A stretch of 64,000 bases of DNA. Origin: an uncultured Flavobacteriales bacterium. GTDB taxonomy: Bacteria; Bacteroidota; Bacteroidia; Flavobacteriales_C; GCA-002722245. The translations under genes and the position numbers were made by a program. Positions 29,159 to 40,600 of this stretch are shown in pieces; position 1 is the first letter of the stretch, and each line of letters begins with the position of its first letter. Location: positions 998-64,997 of the forward strand of contig CAJJCC010000023.1 of the NCBI GenBank assembly GCA_905182585.1, given 5' to 3'. The notes below the pieces were generated by a model. That model made no database searches. It was not told the origin of the DNA and was given only the letters and a program-made list of their open reading frames with translations.

Positions 29159-29395
29159 CTAAAGATATTCACCTCTATCTGGTGTGAATTTATCTCTTAA
29201 CTCAATCATGTAATTCTTTGTTGTTTTAAGGTAAACAACATGATAATGAGACATGATTGTTTCAAATCCAACTTCTGAATTTTCAATCTTGTTTTCTTCG
29301 ATATAATTTTTAAGATTCCCGATTAAACCGTCGGTTACTTCTTGAGCGTCTAGGCTTCTTATATCCCAAATTAATTTTATTGCTTCCATATACAA
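29159..29395 (-). CDS. Hypothetical 78-aa protein, last gene of the CotH-like/VTC/DUF4956/ppa string
   Basis: Same strand, 8 nt downstream of ppa, with coding-like composition. No motif recognised. Confidence 0.4.
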   Translation of the reverse strand: MYMEAIKLIWDIRSLDAQEVTDGLIGNLKNYIEENKIENSEVGFETIMSHYHVVYLKTTKNYMIELRDKFTPDRGEYL

Positions 29396-29403
29396 AAAAT
29401 GGG

Positions 29404-30036
29404 CTATTTAGCCCACTTCATAATTTCAATATTTGTTAAGGAATCAGAATCCCAACCTTGGAATTCCATTTTTCCTGGTCCTTTGTACGACTCAAACCAT
29501 AAACTTACAATATCCAATACTGCTTTCGGACTTTGACTAAATTCATGAATTCCTAAAGTGTTTTTAGCTTCGTTTATTGGTACTGCAACAATTTTATGAT
29601 CTTCTTCACCTCTATCTAAAAGCCGAACAATTCCAATTGCTTTAATTGGGATAATCGTTCCTTGTTTAACAGCTTCTCCTAAAACTAAAACATCTAATGC
29701 GTCACCATCTCCACCTCTATCTTTATCCATTAAAGTTCCAGGAAGAAATCCGTAGTTCCCCGGGTAAGGTAAAAACTTTACAATTCGTTCTTTACCATTA
29801 ACGATTTCACATTCAAATTTATTAGAATCGTAATTGTATTCGTATTTATGACTTGTTCCAGCAGGAATTTCAATAACAGCAGTTAACTGCCCCAAATGAT
29901 TTTTAAGTGGTAATTTACCGAAGTTTAAGACTTCTTGAGGTTTAGCGACCTCCTGGTTTAATCCTTCAACACCAACTCCATCAAAAGAACAAGATGCTAA
30001 GCCAAGAGCAAAGAATAAAGCAGTAAGCAATCTCAT
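29404..30036 (-). CDS. ppa: Family I inorganic pyrophosphatase carrying a lipoprotein signal peptide
   Basis: PPase core 'EIPAGTSHKYEY', 'YPGNYGFLPGT', 'DGDALDVLVLG', 'HKIVAVP', preceded by MRLLTALFFALGLASC (L-A-S-C lipobox). Confidence 0.85.
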   Translation of the reverse strand: MRLLTALFFALGLASCSFDGVGVEGLNQEVAKPQEVLNFGKLPLKNHLGQLTAVIEIPAGTSHKYEYNYDSNKFECEIVNGKERIVKFLPYPGNYGFLPGTLMDKDRGGDGDALDVLVLGEAVKQGTIIPIKAIGIVRLLDRGEEDHKIVAVPINEAKNTLGIHEFSQSPKAVLDIVSLWFESYKGPGKMEFQGWDSDSLTNIEIMKWAK

Positions 30037-30037
30037 T

Positions 30038-30643
30038 TTATTTTTTTTCTTTATAATATATTTTAATTGAAGCTACATCTTTTAAGAAATCAACGTTTCC
30101 AATCGTAAATTTAAAAACATCTAAACCTGTTCTTTCTCTTAAGTCAGCCATTAACTCATCATTATGAACAGGCTTAATCATTTCGATTTTTTCGTAAACA
30201 ATTGTTTTACTTCTCTCATGATTATTAAACCAAATTAATTCAATCCCTAAAGTAACGCCTACAATTACAAAATCAGTAAATAGCAATTCAGCCATACTGA
30301 TTGACTTATTCGTTAAAGCATTAATCATTGCTAAACCAATAACAATAAATAAATAGGTCATTTCCTTAATTGGTAATGCCTCTGTACGATACCTTAAAAT
30401 ACCAAACACTGCAAATAACCCCATTGCAAATCCCATTTCCATAGGTACTTTTCTTAAAAGCACACAGATGAAGAAGGTCATCAGGTTAAACATAAAAAAC
30501 GTGAACAAGTAATCCTTGTCACGGTTATTACGGTAAAAAATAAACCTTATCGTAATGAATAAGAAAAGTAAGTTGATTGAAAATTTAAATATTAATTTTA
30601 AAAAATCATCACTATCAATTAGCGGTATTCCAAATATTTCCAT
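30038..30643 (-). CDS. DUF4956-like multi-pass membrane protein
   Basis: Four to five hydrophobic helices followed by a soluble ~60-aa tail. I recall the size and the position next to a VTC-domain gene as typical of the DUF4956/VTC pairing. Confidence 0.6.
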   Translation of the reverse strand: MEIFGIPLIDSDDFLKLIFKFSINLLFLFITIRFIFYRNNRDKDYLFTFFMFNLMTFFICVLLRKVPMEMGFAMGLFAVFGILRYRTEALPIKEMTYLFIVIGLAMINALTNKSISMAELLFTDFVIVGVTLGIELIWFNNHERSKTIVYEKIEMIKPVHNDELMADLRERTGLDVFKFTIGNVDFLKDVASIKIYYKEKK

Positions 30644-31406
30644 TTTTGTGTGTTTTATTTAAATACAGCAAGTTTTTTTTAAACTTATTATATTTCAATT
30701 GGGGATTTAAAAGAGCTGCCCCTGTAGCGTATTTACTAAAGCTAGCTTCTCTTATATTAAAGGTTTTTAAGATTTTCATTACCTGAGAATCTCTATTTAC
30801 ATTTTCTTGTTTTACTTCTGCAATTACCAAATTAGATAATTGTTTAACATTATCGTCCTTTGCAAACTGAAGATGAAAGTCGATTGTCAATCGCTCCTTA
30901 TCCGTATTACTTACTAATGTAATGCGGGAAAAATTATTTGTTAATACGTGTTGTAAATCAGAAACATCAAAGGGTGTTTTTTCATTTAAAAACGTTGTAT
31001 CGGTTGTATTGAATTCATTTTCACCTGCCCAAGCCTTTATTCTTGACTTCATGGTTTTACCCTTGTTCGTCTTGAATTTAACTTCTAAAAATGAAAGGTC
31101 AGATCCAACATATTCACGATATCTAATTTTATATCTATTTAACTTACCATTTTGGTGCGCTATATACATGTAAAAATCATTCGTATCAAAGTAATCTGTT
31201 TTGTAATTAGCGTATCTGTTACCAGAAATCTCTAATGACTTATAATGCGGTGCAACTTTCTCCAAAATTTGAGGCAGGAGTTCTGCTTCAAATACAAATT
31301 TTGTATCCGTTCTATTCATTAAACTTACTCCGTCCATCTCCTTAAGAGTGATAGGATCAAAAGTACCTAGTGAATCATGAATATTATTTAACAGTCTCTT
31401 TTCCAA
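30615..31406 (-). CDS. VTC-domain (CYTH-like triphosphate-tunnel, polyphosphate polymerase fold) protein
   Basis: 'ITLKEMDGVSLMNRTDTKFVF', 'YKIRYREYVGSDLSFLEVKFKTNKGKTMKSRI', 'RLTIDFHLQF' and 'VIAEVKQE': alternating basic/acidic beta-strands of the tunnel fold, as in bacterial VTC-domain proteins. No signal peptide. Confidence 0.7.
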   Translation of the reverse strand: MEKRLLNNIHDSLGTFDPITLKEMDGVSLMNRTDTKFVFEAELLPQILEKVAPHYKSLEISGNRYANYKTDYFDTNDFYMYIAHQNGKLNRYKIRYREYVGSDLSFLEVKFKTNKGKTMKSRIKAWAGENEFNTTDTTFLNEKTPFDVSDLQHVLTNNFSRITLVSNTDKERLTIDFHLQFAKDDNVKQLSNLVIAEVKQENVNRDSQVMKILKTFNIREASFSKYATGAALLNPQLKYNKFKKNLLYLNKTHKNGNIWNTAN

Positions 31407-33231
31407 ATTCGTTTCCGTATAAATACTTTCTTACGTCATCGCGGTAGTTGTGTATTTTTTCACCATCTACTTTAAGCGTTGACTTTTCTTCAATTAAATT
31501 TTCTTCTTTAAATTCTGTAAACGTAACATTATTAGCTACAATAGTAGAAGGTCCAAATTCTTGCTTCTTTTGAAAAGCACAATAAACTACCTCTGAATTT
31601 AAAATCTCCGAATTAGATATAATTACTTTTGAAAGATCTTTTGCTACAACTGCCAAAGAAGCTCCATCTATTTTAATGCTATCAACAGTCATTTTGCTGT
31701 CCTCTCCTGCGCTTAATGCCTTATCAGCAACCTTGTCAAACACACAACCTTTAACTACTATTGTACTCCCTGAAATATCGATTGCATCATTTCCTGCATT
31801 AATGAAATTACAATTTGTTAAAGTTCCATCACTAAAGTCTGCATCGAATGCATCTGAAAATGTATTTTTGAAAGTTGTATTCGAAACCTCAAATGGATAA
31901 GATCTAAATAAGTTCAGTCCATCTTCACTTTGATTATTTATAAAATAAGAATGATCAATTTTAACAGGAGACTCATAAAAAGTAACTGCACTTGGCAAGC
32001 TCCAGTTTCCATACTTTAAATTGGATTGATTTGAGAACTCTGTGTAATTAATTTGAGAATACGTTCCGGCGTTTATAACATGAATACCCATTCCTGTAGA
32101 ATCGGTGCTTATTACTTTGATCAGATCACCTTGCGATCCGTTGAAAAAGACTGGTGATTTTGAAACTATAAATCCTTTAGATTGGAAATCAACTTGATCT
32201 CCTGAATTGAAGTGAATTTTTGAACCCGCTGGAATGATTACTGCTTTATTAATAATCGTGTTTTTTGATTTTAATAAATACCCTGTATCAACTTTTTCAA
32301 AATACTCGTTAAACCCAGTAATATCCAAACAGCTAAGTAATCCTGAAATAGAATCGGCTGCTTCAATTTTTTTCAACGAAGGGAAATTTGAACTATAAAT
32401 ATGCTCCTTTAATTCGTTTTGTAAAAACTCTATCTCTGTAGAATTCATCACTAACCTTTCCACAACTTTTTGTTCAGTTAACAATTTTGTTTCAATTGCA
32501 TCTTGAGTCTTTTGAGCTGTGTAAGAAACAAAAGGTTCTAACAAATTAGAAACTGGATTTAAGTAATAATTTAAGGCTAAGTTTTTAGACCCTAACAAAT
32601 CAAACGATTTTTGGAGGGATAAAAACTGAGCTGTTTTACGTAAATCAAAAACACATTCTACATTCACTTTCCCATTTAACCAATCAGAAATTACAATTGA
32701 GGTTGTTTTTTTAATACTATCCTTATTTGCTCTTTTGGGACAAAACTCAACATTTAACTGATCCGAAAAGGTAAATAATAATCCTTCTCTATTTTTATTA
32801 CTTTCTATAATTCTTTTGTCAAACCCTTCCTGAAAGAACATAGTAGCAATACTATCTTGAAAAGAAACATTAAGGAACTTAGATTTTAACCCGATTAGCT
32901 TTTCAGCTTTTAAAGCTGCTTGAAATAAATCTATTTTTTGAAAATATGCGACACTATTAGAGTCTTGTATTGAATAAAGATCAAATACCTTTTTTGAAAA
33001 AATGGTATTTTTCTTGACTTTAATATTGAAACCGCCAACTATTGAAACCGGAACAATTTTGATTTCTTCTTTTCCAATAAATGCAAGGTGATTTTTATCC
33101 AAATTTTCCGATGAAAATGAAACTTTTAAGTCTTTCACTTTCTCGTCCTGCAATACAATCTCTCCTTTCTTTACGCAAGAAAAGAACAAAAAAGACACAA
33201 AAAGTAAAATTGAAAAAACTCTCAACATCAA
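31384..33231 (-). CDS. Lipoprotein with a CotH-like central region and a C-terminal right-handed beta-helix
   Basis: Lipobox (LFFSC). 'LKAEKLIGLKSKFLNVSFQDSIATMFFQEGFDKRIIESNKNREGLLFTF' aligns by eye with the CotH core seen in the paralog at 56234..56470. 'ALNYYLNPVSNLLEPFV' aligns with 'IRFYYNPVTKLIEPIPYD'. The C-terminal repeats (NCNFINAGNDAIDISGSTIVVKGCVFDKVADKALSAG) are parallel beta-helix-like. Confidence 0.55.
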   Translation of the reverse strand: MMLRVFSILLFVSFLFFSCVKKGEIVLQDEKVKDLKVSFSSENLDKNHLAFIGKEEIKIVPVSIVGGFNIKVKKNTIFSKKVFDLYSIQDSNSVAYFQKIDLFQAALKAEKLIGLKSKFLNVSFQDSIATMFFQEGFDKRIIESNKNREGLLFTFSDQLNVEFCPKRANKDSIKKTTSIVISDWLNGKVNVECVFDLRKTAQFLSLQKSFDLLGSKNLALNYYLNPVSNLLEPFVSYTAQKTQDAIETKLLTEQKVVERLVMNSTEIEFLQNELKEHIYSSNFPSLKKIEAADSISGLLSCLDITGFNEYFEKVDTGYLLKSKNTIINKAVIIPAGSKIHFNSGDQVDFQSKGFIVSKSPVFFNGSQGDLIKVISTDSTGMGIHVINAGTYSQINYTEFSNQSNLKYGNWSLPSAVTFYESPVKIDHSYFINNQSEDGLNLFRSYPFEVSNTTFKNTFSDAFDADFSDGTLTNCNFINAGNDAIDISGSTIVVKGCVFDKVADKALSAGEDSKMTVDSIKIDGASLAVVAKDLSKVIISNSEILNSEVVYCAFQKKQEFGPSTIVANNVTFTEFKEENLIEEKSTLKVDGEKIHNYRDDVRKYLYGNEFGKETVK

Positions 33232-33288
33232 CTGTAATTTTCTGCGAAGTTAATTAAATGATTTTAAATACAATTGTGTCGTAAAACA

Positions 33289-34626
33289 TTAATCTAATAA
33301 AGCGTCTAGCTCTTTTTTCTGACGGTATACTTCCTTAATTTGGTCCAATGCTTCTAAATATTGATTTCTCTTTGGAAAACCAGGGTCATTAGGACTATTA
33401 TACCCTGCAGCTTCGGCTTCATCTCTCAATACTCTTACTTTCGCTCTAAGCGCTCTATCTTTCTGCTCAACTGCCGCTAATTTTTGCTCTAAAGTTTTTG
33501 AGTCATCTGCTTCGCTTTTTGATTTCTCATTCATTTGATCGTTAACTGAATCATCATAATAATCCATGTCACCATCCTCGCTAGATTCACCCTCTGTATT
33601 CTCTCGATCTCCTAATCGGTTTAACTGTTTTTCCAAACGCTCTAATTTTGATCGTCTCTTTTTCTTCAATTTTGGAGATCTCGATTTTGACTTAATATCA
33701 CCAAAAGTAGCTTTTACCATTAGCTCATGAGAACCATTACTAAAAACAGACAGTTCATTTTGTGTTATATCGTACGAGTATCCAAAAGTAAATTTCTTAT
33801 TTACTGTTTGATAACCTGCCATTACTGCAAAAGCGTCTTGAGTTCTTTTCATCAATCCTAAATAATAACTATCTTGATAAATCGCTCTAAATGCAATGTC
33901 TAACTGAGGAATTACAGGATAAGAGAATCTCATCATCATAGACGGCTCAACTCCAAAATCATCATTTACTTTAAAGGTATATCCACTATTTAAATAAAAA
34001 TGAGACGTAAGTCGACTTAACGATTGCGCTCCATCGTCAGAAAAATCTAAACGGCCTTGAATAAACTGTGGAACCGATAATCCGACATAAAATTTATCCC
34101 CATACCAATATCCACCAAAACCAAAATCAGGAATCACCTTATTTAAAAGTGTATTTACTAATGTTAAATCACCTGGGTCAGCTAATGTAATTTTAGTTCC
34201 ATCAACTCTATATTGTAATAACCCTCCACTTAATCCTAATGACAACTTAGTATTATCTGTTACTTGTAAATGATAAGCGTAAGATAAATACGCACCTGTT
34301 TTACTTGTTGGGCCAGTTACATCTGTATACAAGGCTCCTCCTAAACCAAAACTTTTAAACTTATGCGGACCATGAACTGACATTATATATGTACGCGGTG
34401 CATCTGTTACACCTTGCCATTGATACCTATAGTTTGCCGTCGCCGAAAAATTATCTTCTGTTCCAGTAACAGCAGGGTTAAATACATATTTGTTAAACAA
34501 ATATTGCGTAAATAATGGCAACTGCTGAGCCTTTGCTTGAAAGCCTATAATCAACAATAAAGTCGAAAGTAACCTGATATATATTCTCTTTTTATCCAAT
34601 GTTCTTGTTTTGCTTAAATTCATCAC
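33289..34626 (-). CDS. PorP/SprF-family T9SS outer-membrane protein with a long charged C-terminal extension
   Basis: Hallmark N-terminus 'AQQLPLFTQYLFNKYVFNPAVTG' and a beta-barrel body. It lies 7 nt downstream of a type B CTD giant gene, as with sprB-sprF. The last ~135 aa are K/R/E/D-rich. Confidence 0.85.
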   Translation of the reverse strand: MMNLSKTRTLDKKRIYIRLLSTLLLIIGFQAKAQQLPLFTQYLFNKYVFNPAVTGTEDNFSATANYRYQWQGVTDAPRTYIMSVHGPHKFKSFGLGGALYTDVTGPTSKTGAYLSYAYHLQVTDNTKLSLGLSGGLLQYRVDGTKITLADPGDLTLVNTLLNKVIPDFGFGGYWYGDKFYVGLSVPQFIQGRLDFSDDGAQSLSRLTSHFYLNSGYTFKVNDDFGVEPSMMMRFSYPVIPQLDIAFRAIYQDSYYLGLMKRTQDAFAVMAGYQTVNKKFTFGYSYDITQNELSVFSNGSHELMVKATFGDIKSKSRSPKLKKKRRSKLERLEKQLNRLGDRENTEGESSEDGDMDYYDDSVNDQMNEKSKSEADDSKTLEQKLAAVEQKDRALRAKVRVLRDEAEAAGYNSPNDPGFPKRNQYLEALDQIKEVYRQKKELDALLD

Positions 34627-34633
34627 TTTCCTT

Positions 34634-37600
34634 TTATCTCATTAAAGTGATTGGTCCAGTGAATTTTTCTTGATTAGGTCCTAAATCAATCAAGTAATAA
34701 TAGGTTCCTACTGGTAATTTCTTACCATTCTTAATTCCATTCCATTGATCTACGTATCTTTTACTTTCAAATACTTTTTGCCCCCATCTATTAAATATTT
34801 TAACATTTGCATCAGGAAATTCATCAATTAATTGAATTACCCAAAATTCATTCAATCCGTCTCCATTAGGTGTAATTCCATCAGGGAAGACAATTGTAGT
34901 TGCAACATCAATTCTAACAGAAGCGGTATCTGAACAACCGTTTAGGTCTGTTCCGGTTACAAAATAAGTAACCCCTTCTGTGGCTGAAACAATTGGGTTT
35001 TGAATTGTAGGGTCATTTAATCCAATTGGAGGGTTCCAATCGTAAATAGCACCCATTCCTGCTCCAGAAACTGTAAGCTGTGCTGTAGTATTTTCAAGAA
35101 TCAAATTATCTGTAGTAAATGCCACTACATCCGGTAATCCATTTACATTAACAATTACCGTGTCAGCATCCGAACATCCGTTATTAAATACAGTTAATAT
35201 ATACTCTGTAGTTATTGATGGATCTACATAATTAGAATCGGATGAGCCTCCTTCAGACCATGAATACAGTACTCCACCTGTTCCAACTAACAATACACTG
35301 TCCTCATTACAGATTGTTATATCATCGCCAGCATTTGCATTAATAACATTCACCTCAGTTATCGTTGCTGTATCTAAATGAGTACATCCATTTTCATCTA
35401 TAATTGTCACTTCATACGCTCCGATTAATAAATTTTCGATATCCTCATCTGAACTAGCATATCCATTAGATGAAGTCCAACTATAAGAATAATTTGCTAT
35501 TCCTCCGCTTACTGACAAGTCTACTGACCCATCCGCTAAGTTTGTACAATTTGCTTGGCTTTCAATCATTGTCGTGAAAATAGAATCAGGTTGATCTATA
35601 TGTACATTGCTTGAATCCTTACATCCATTATTATCGATAATAACTGCTTTATAAATTTCAGCACATAACCCTGTTGCTGTATATGAAGTTTGATTTAAAT
35701 CATCATTCCAAACATATATATATGGACTAGTTCCTCCAAAAGGCGAAATTGTTGCATAACCATCACAAACTCCGAAACAATCCAGGTTAGCACTGTCAAT
35801 AATAGATGATGTTAAAACAGGTGGCTCAATTACCATTCCTGAAGCTCCTGCATTACAATTTTCAAAATCGCTAACAGTTAAAATATAATTTCCATCGCAT
35901 AGATCTTTTATAGAATCTGTTGATTCACCAGACTGCCATGAATAAGTATATGGCTCAACACCTCCAACTACTGTTGCAACTGCTACACCATCACATATAC
36001 CATTACAACTGATGTTCGTAATATCTACAGATACTGTTAACAGACTGAAATCATTGATCGTAACTTCAGCTGTATCTTTACAACCCATAGAATCTGTAAC
36101 CTCTGCATGATATATTCCAATACATTGATTATTAATTGTACTGGATATTAAATTTCCTGCGTCATACCAATTATAAGAATAAGGTGCTGTACCTCCAGTT
36201 TCTCCCACCGTTGCAGCTCCATCACAAACATTAGCACAAACAATGTGTGAAGTATCTGTAATTGATGCAAGTAACGAATCTGGTTGTGTTAAATTAATAA
36301 CAACACTATCAACACATAAACTATCATCTGTTATTAGCACTGTATATTCATCTGCGCATAAAGCTGTTCTGGACAATAAATTACTTTCATCTTCCCAGGT
36401 AAACAAAAGACTTCCTGATCCACCGTTTGCAGAAACAGTTGCTGCTCCATCGCATGTTCCATTACAAGAAACATCGGTTTGAGCATCTAATGAAACATTA
36501 ATTTTTGATGGCTGAATTAATGATATCGTATCTTCCAATTGACAACCATTTACATCTTCACCTAATACATAATAAGTAGTCGCACATAAATTATATGCTG
36601 TATCGTTAACTTGTGAACCTGATGAATTGTACCATGTAAATTGATAAGGAGAAGTCCCTCCATTTCCTTGAGCAAAAGCCTTTCCATCACATGATCCAAA
36701 ACATTTTAGATTAAGACTATCCGTAATTGTTGTAATAAAAACTGCTGGTTCTTTAACTTCGAAACTATCAACTAAGAAGCATCCATTTGCATCAGAAACA
36801 GTATCTGTATAATATCCTGGACAAAGACTTGTTAAGTCATCCGCAGTTGATCCTTGCGTCCATGAGTGAGTATACGGGGTTGTGCCTCCCAAAGGTGTAA
36901 CCGTTATTGTTCCGTTACAATCACCATTACAACTCACACTTGTTCCGCTAAATTCTGCAGTAAAGTTGTTTTGATCTAATATTTCAACAGAATCAGTTAA
37001 AGTACATCCAGCTCCATCGGTAACTTGGTACGTTTGGAAACCGGAACATAAGTTAATTGCTCCTGGTGAAGTTTGTCCATCTTCCCATAAATAAGAATAA
37101 CCACCACCAATAGTTCCTCCTGAAACGGTTAAACTCGCTTTTCCAATACAGAATCCAGTACAAAGTACATGTTGTAAATCTGATGTACTTGCAATTATTG
37201 TAATCGGTTCTGATAGTGTGACAGAAGCTTGACCTGAACATCCTTTCGCATCTGTTACGGTCACCGTATAAGTTGCTGCAACTAAATCCTTAACAGTATC
37301 TGTAGTTTGAGTTCTTCCATCATTCCAAACAATATCATAGGGAGCTGTTCCGCCTGAATAAAGTACGGTTGCCCAACCTTCAGCAAAACCATTACAAACA
37401 ATGTCTGAACTATCTCCAATTGAAACAAGTAATTCAGCTGGTTCAATAATGTTTACATTGGTAAAAGCTAAACACCCGTTTCCATCCGTTACTTGACCAA
37501 TTGTTGTTCCTGAACATAAACCAGTAATCACAGAATCGGTGGTTAAAGATGGATCATTCCATAAATAAGTATATGCGCCAACACCTCCTTGAGCTGTAAT

Positions 37601-40600
37601 CGCTGCATTACCATCACAAACACCATTACATGTAATATCTACTATAGAATCAATAGCAACTGTTAAATTACTAGGGCCGGTAATAAAAACGACTGCTGTA
37701 TCACTACAACCGCTAGCATCTATAACCGTCACAGTATATTGAGCAGCACATAAATCAGTTGCTGTACTAGTTGTTTGGCTCGACCAGTCATTCCAAGAAT
37801 AAGTATAATTTCCAGTTCCTCCAATCGTAGCTACTGATGCTTCACCTGAACATGGTGAAGAACAACCTGTTGAGCTTGTATCTAAAAGAGAAGCGACTAA
37901 AGCGTCAGGTTCTGTAATCGCTACTTGAGCAGTGGCTAAACATCCATTAACATCTTCAACCAAAACAGAATATAATCCAGCACAAAGGTTTTGTAATGTA
38001 TCATTTAGTGTTATTGAAGAATCATCCCATGTATACGTGTATGGAGCAGACCCTGCAACTCCAGTAGCAATTGCAATCGCATCACATAATCCACTACATG
38101 AAACCATTGTCGTATCTAAAATCCCAGCTGTTAATCCACCAGGGCCAGTCGTTACATGCTGAATTGTATCAGTACAACCATTTCCATCTATAATTTCAAC
38201 ATGATAAACTGCTGCACATAACGCAAGAGCTAAACTGTCTGTTTGAGCTCCCGGAGCATCATACCAATTATAGGAATAAGGCAGCGTTCCACCTACAGGA
38301 GTAACAAATGCAGTTCCGTCACAAACGGTACAACTCGTAGTGGTTGAATTTGTAATACTATTTGTAAATAGTGTCGGCTCAGTAATTATCACTTCGGAAG
38401 TATCATTACAACCATTTGCATCTATAATTTCAACGTTATAAGTTCCAGCTGGTAAATTTGTAGCAGTAGAATCTGTTTGAAATCCTGGCGTATTAAACCA
38501 ACTATAGGAATACGGTCGTGTTCCTCCAGTTGCCGTAACTGTTGCCGAACCCGTACCTATTCCTCCACACAATAAATGTTTCACATCTGTTATCGAAGAA
38601 GCTAATACGTTTGGTTCGGTAATCACCATTGAACTAAAATCCGAACAATTATTCGTGTCTGTAATTAATACATTATAAGTTCCTGGTCCTTTTCCTGAAA
38701 TCGTTTTAGAACTTTCTCCACTACTCCATGAATATTCGTAAGGAGAAGTTCCTCCAGTTGGAAGAGTGCTTAATTCAGCATCATTTGATCCAAAACAGGA
38801 AACATGATTAAATGGATTAACAAAAGCTACTAAATTAGCTGGTTCAGTGATCGTATCGTTTTCAACTAAAACACAGCCATTTAGATCATTTACTTCAATT
38901 TCGATTGGCCCAACACATAGTGAGTCTATGTAAGTTGTATCAACTGGCAAAGAAGGATCATTCCAATTAATAGAATAAGGTGAAGTTCCTCCTGTAATAA
39001 TCGCTTCGATAGATCCATTACAAATTCCATTACAACTTATATTCGTATCAACTAAAACAATATTAATAGCTGTTGGCTCTGTAATTGTAACATTTAAATT
39101 ATGTGTACATCCAATGGCGTCAGAAATATTTACGGTATAAGATCCTGCACAGAGACCGTTAACTAATGAATCAGTTGTTGACTCCGGATCATTCCAAGTA
39201 AATAAATAAGGTTGAACTCCATTTTCGGCCCTTGCTAAAGCCGAACCATTACACATCATATTACATGAAACCATATTGGTATCAACTATAGAAGTTATAA
39301 AGTTTGAAGTATCTCTTATTATAACATAAGAAGTGTCGGTACAACCATTAAAGTCGGTTGTATTAACAGTATAATTACCGGCACATAGTCCAGTAGCCGT
39401 ACTATCGGTTTGATTTAATGGATCATTCCATGAATACGTGTAAGGAGCAGTTCCTCCTAATGGAGTAATAATCGCAACACCTGTACACAAACAACTTACA
39501 TGTGATGTGTCCGTAATTGATGAAACTAACAATAACGGCTCGGTAATCGCAACACTATCCGTATCAGAACATCCATAAACATCGGTAACAATAGCTGTAT
39601 AAATTCCAGGAGTTAAGCCTGTAACTGAGTCTGTTGTTGCATTTGCAACATCATTCCATTGATAATTATATGGTAGTGTTCCTCCAGTCGTCTCAGACCA
39701 AACTACTCCATTTCCTACGCCATTACAACTTATATTAACACTATCTAAGCTGGAAGCTAATATGGTAGGCTCTATTACGAGAACAGAAACAGTATCCAAA
39801 CAACCGTTTGCATCTGAAATAGTATTGGTATATGTTCCAATTCCAACATTATAAACTGTATCGTTTACACTAGTTGTATCCCAGGAATGAAGGTAAGGAA
39901 CAGTTCCTCCTGAAACACCAACCCAAGCAACACCGTTGGTATCACCGTTGCAAGATGGACTTGTAAACATTGGTGTTCCAATTAAAGAGTCCGGTTCGTT
40001 AATCATTACATTTTCAAACCTAACACAACCTTCACTATCAGTCACTGTTACATTTATAACTCCGGCGCAAACTCCAGTTACAGTTGAATCCGTTGTAATT
40101 AATGGATCCGACCAAGAATAAGTATAAGGAGTTTTACCTAAAGAAGGGGTTACGATCGCTTCTCCATTACATATACTATTACAAGCAACATGCGTAGTAT
40201 CTGTAATGGAAATTGTAAATAGAGAGGTATCCCTTATCGTTACAAGTGATGTATCAAAACAACCATTTATATCGGCAACTACAACTTCATAACCACCTGT
40301 ACAAAGCCCAATAGCTGCGGAATCAGTTTGAAATCCTAAATCATTCCATAAGTAAGTATATCCTCCAGCTCCACCAACTGGAGTTACAATAGCAGAAGCA
40401 TTGCAAATACAATTTGCATGAACGGTATCGGTAATGGAAGTCGTTAATTCAGTAGGTGAAGTAAATATTACTTGATTCGCGTCTGTACAACCAAAACTAT
40501 CTGTAATAACAACCTTAAAGGTATCTGCTGTCATATTTGATAAAGTATCACCTGAGTAAATAATTGGATCACCCCATTGATAAGAGTAAGGAGCTGTTCC

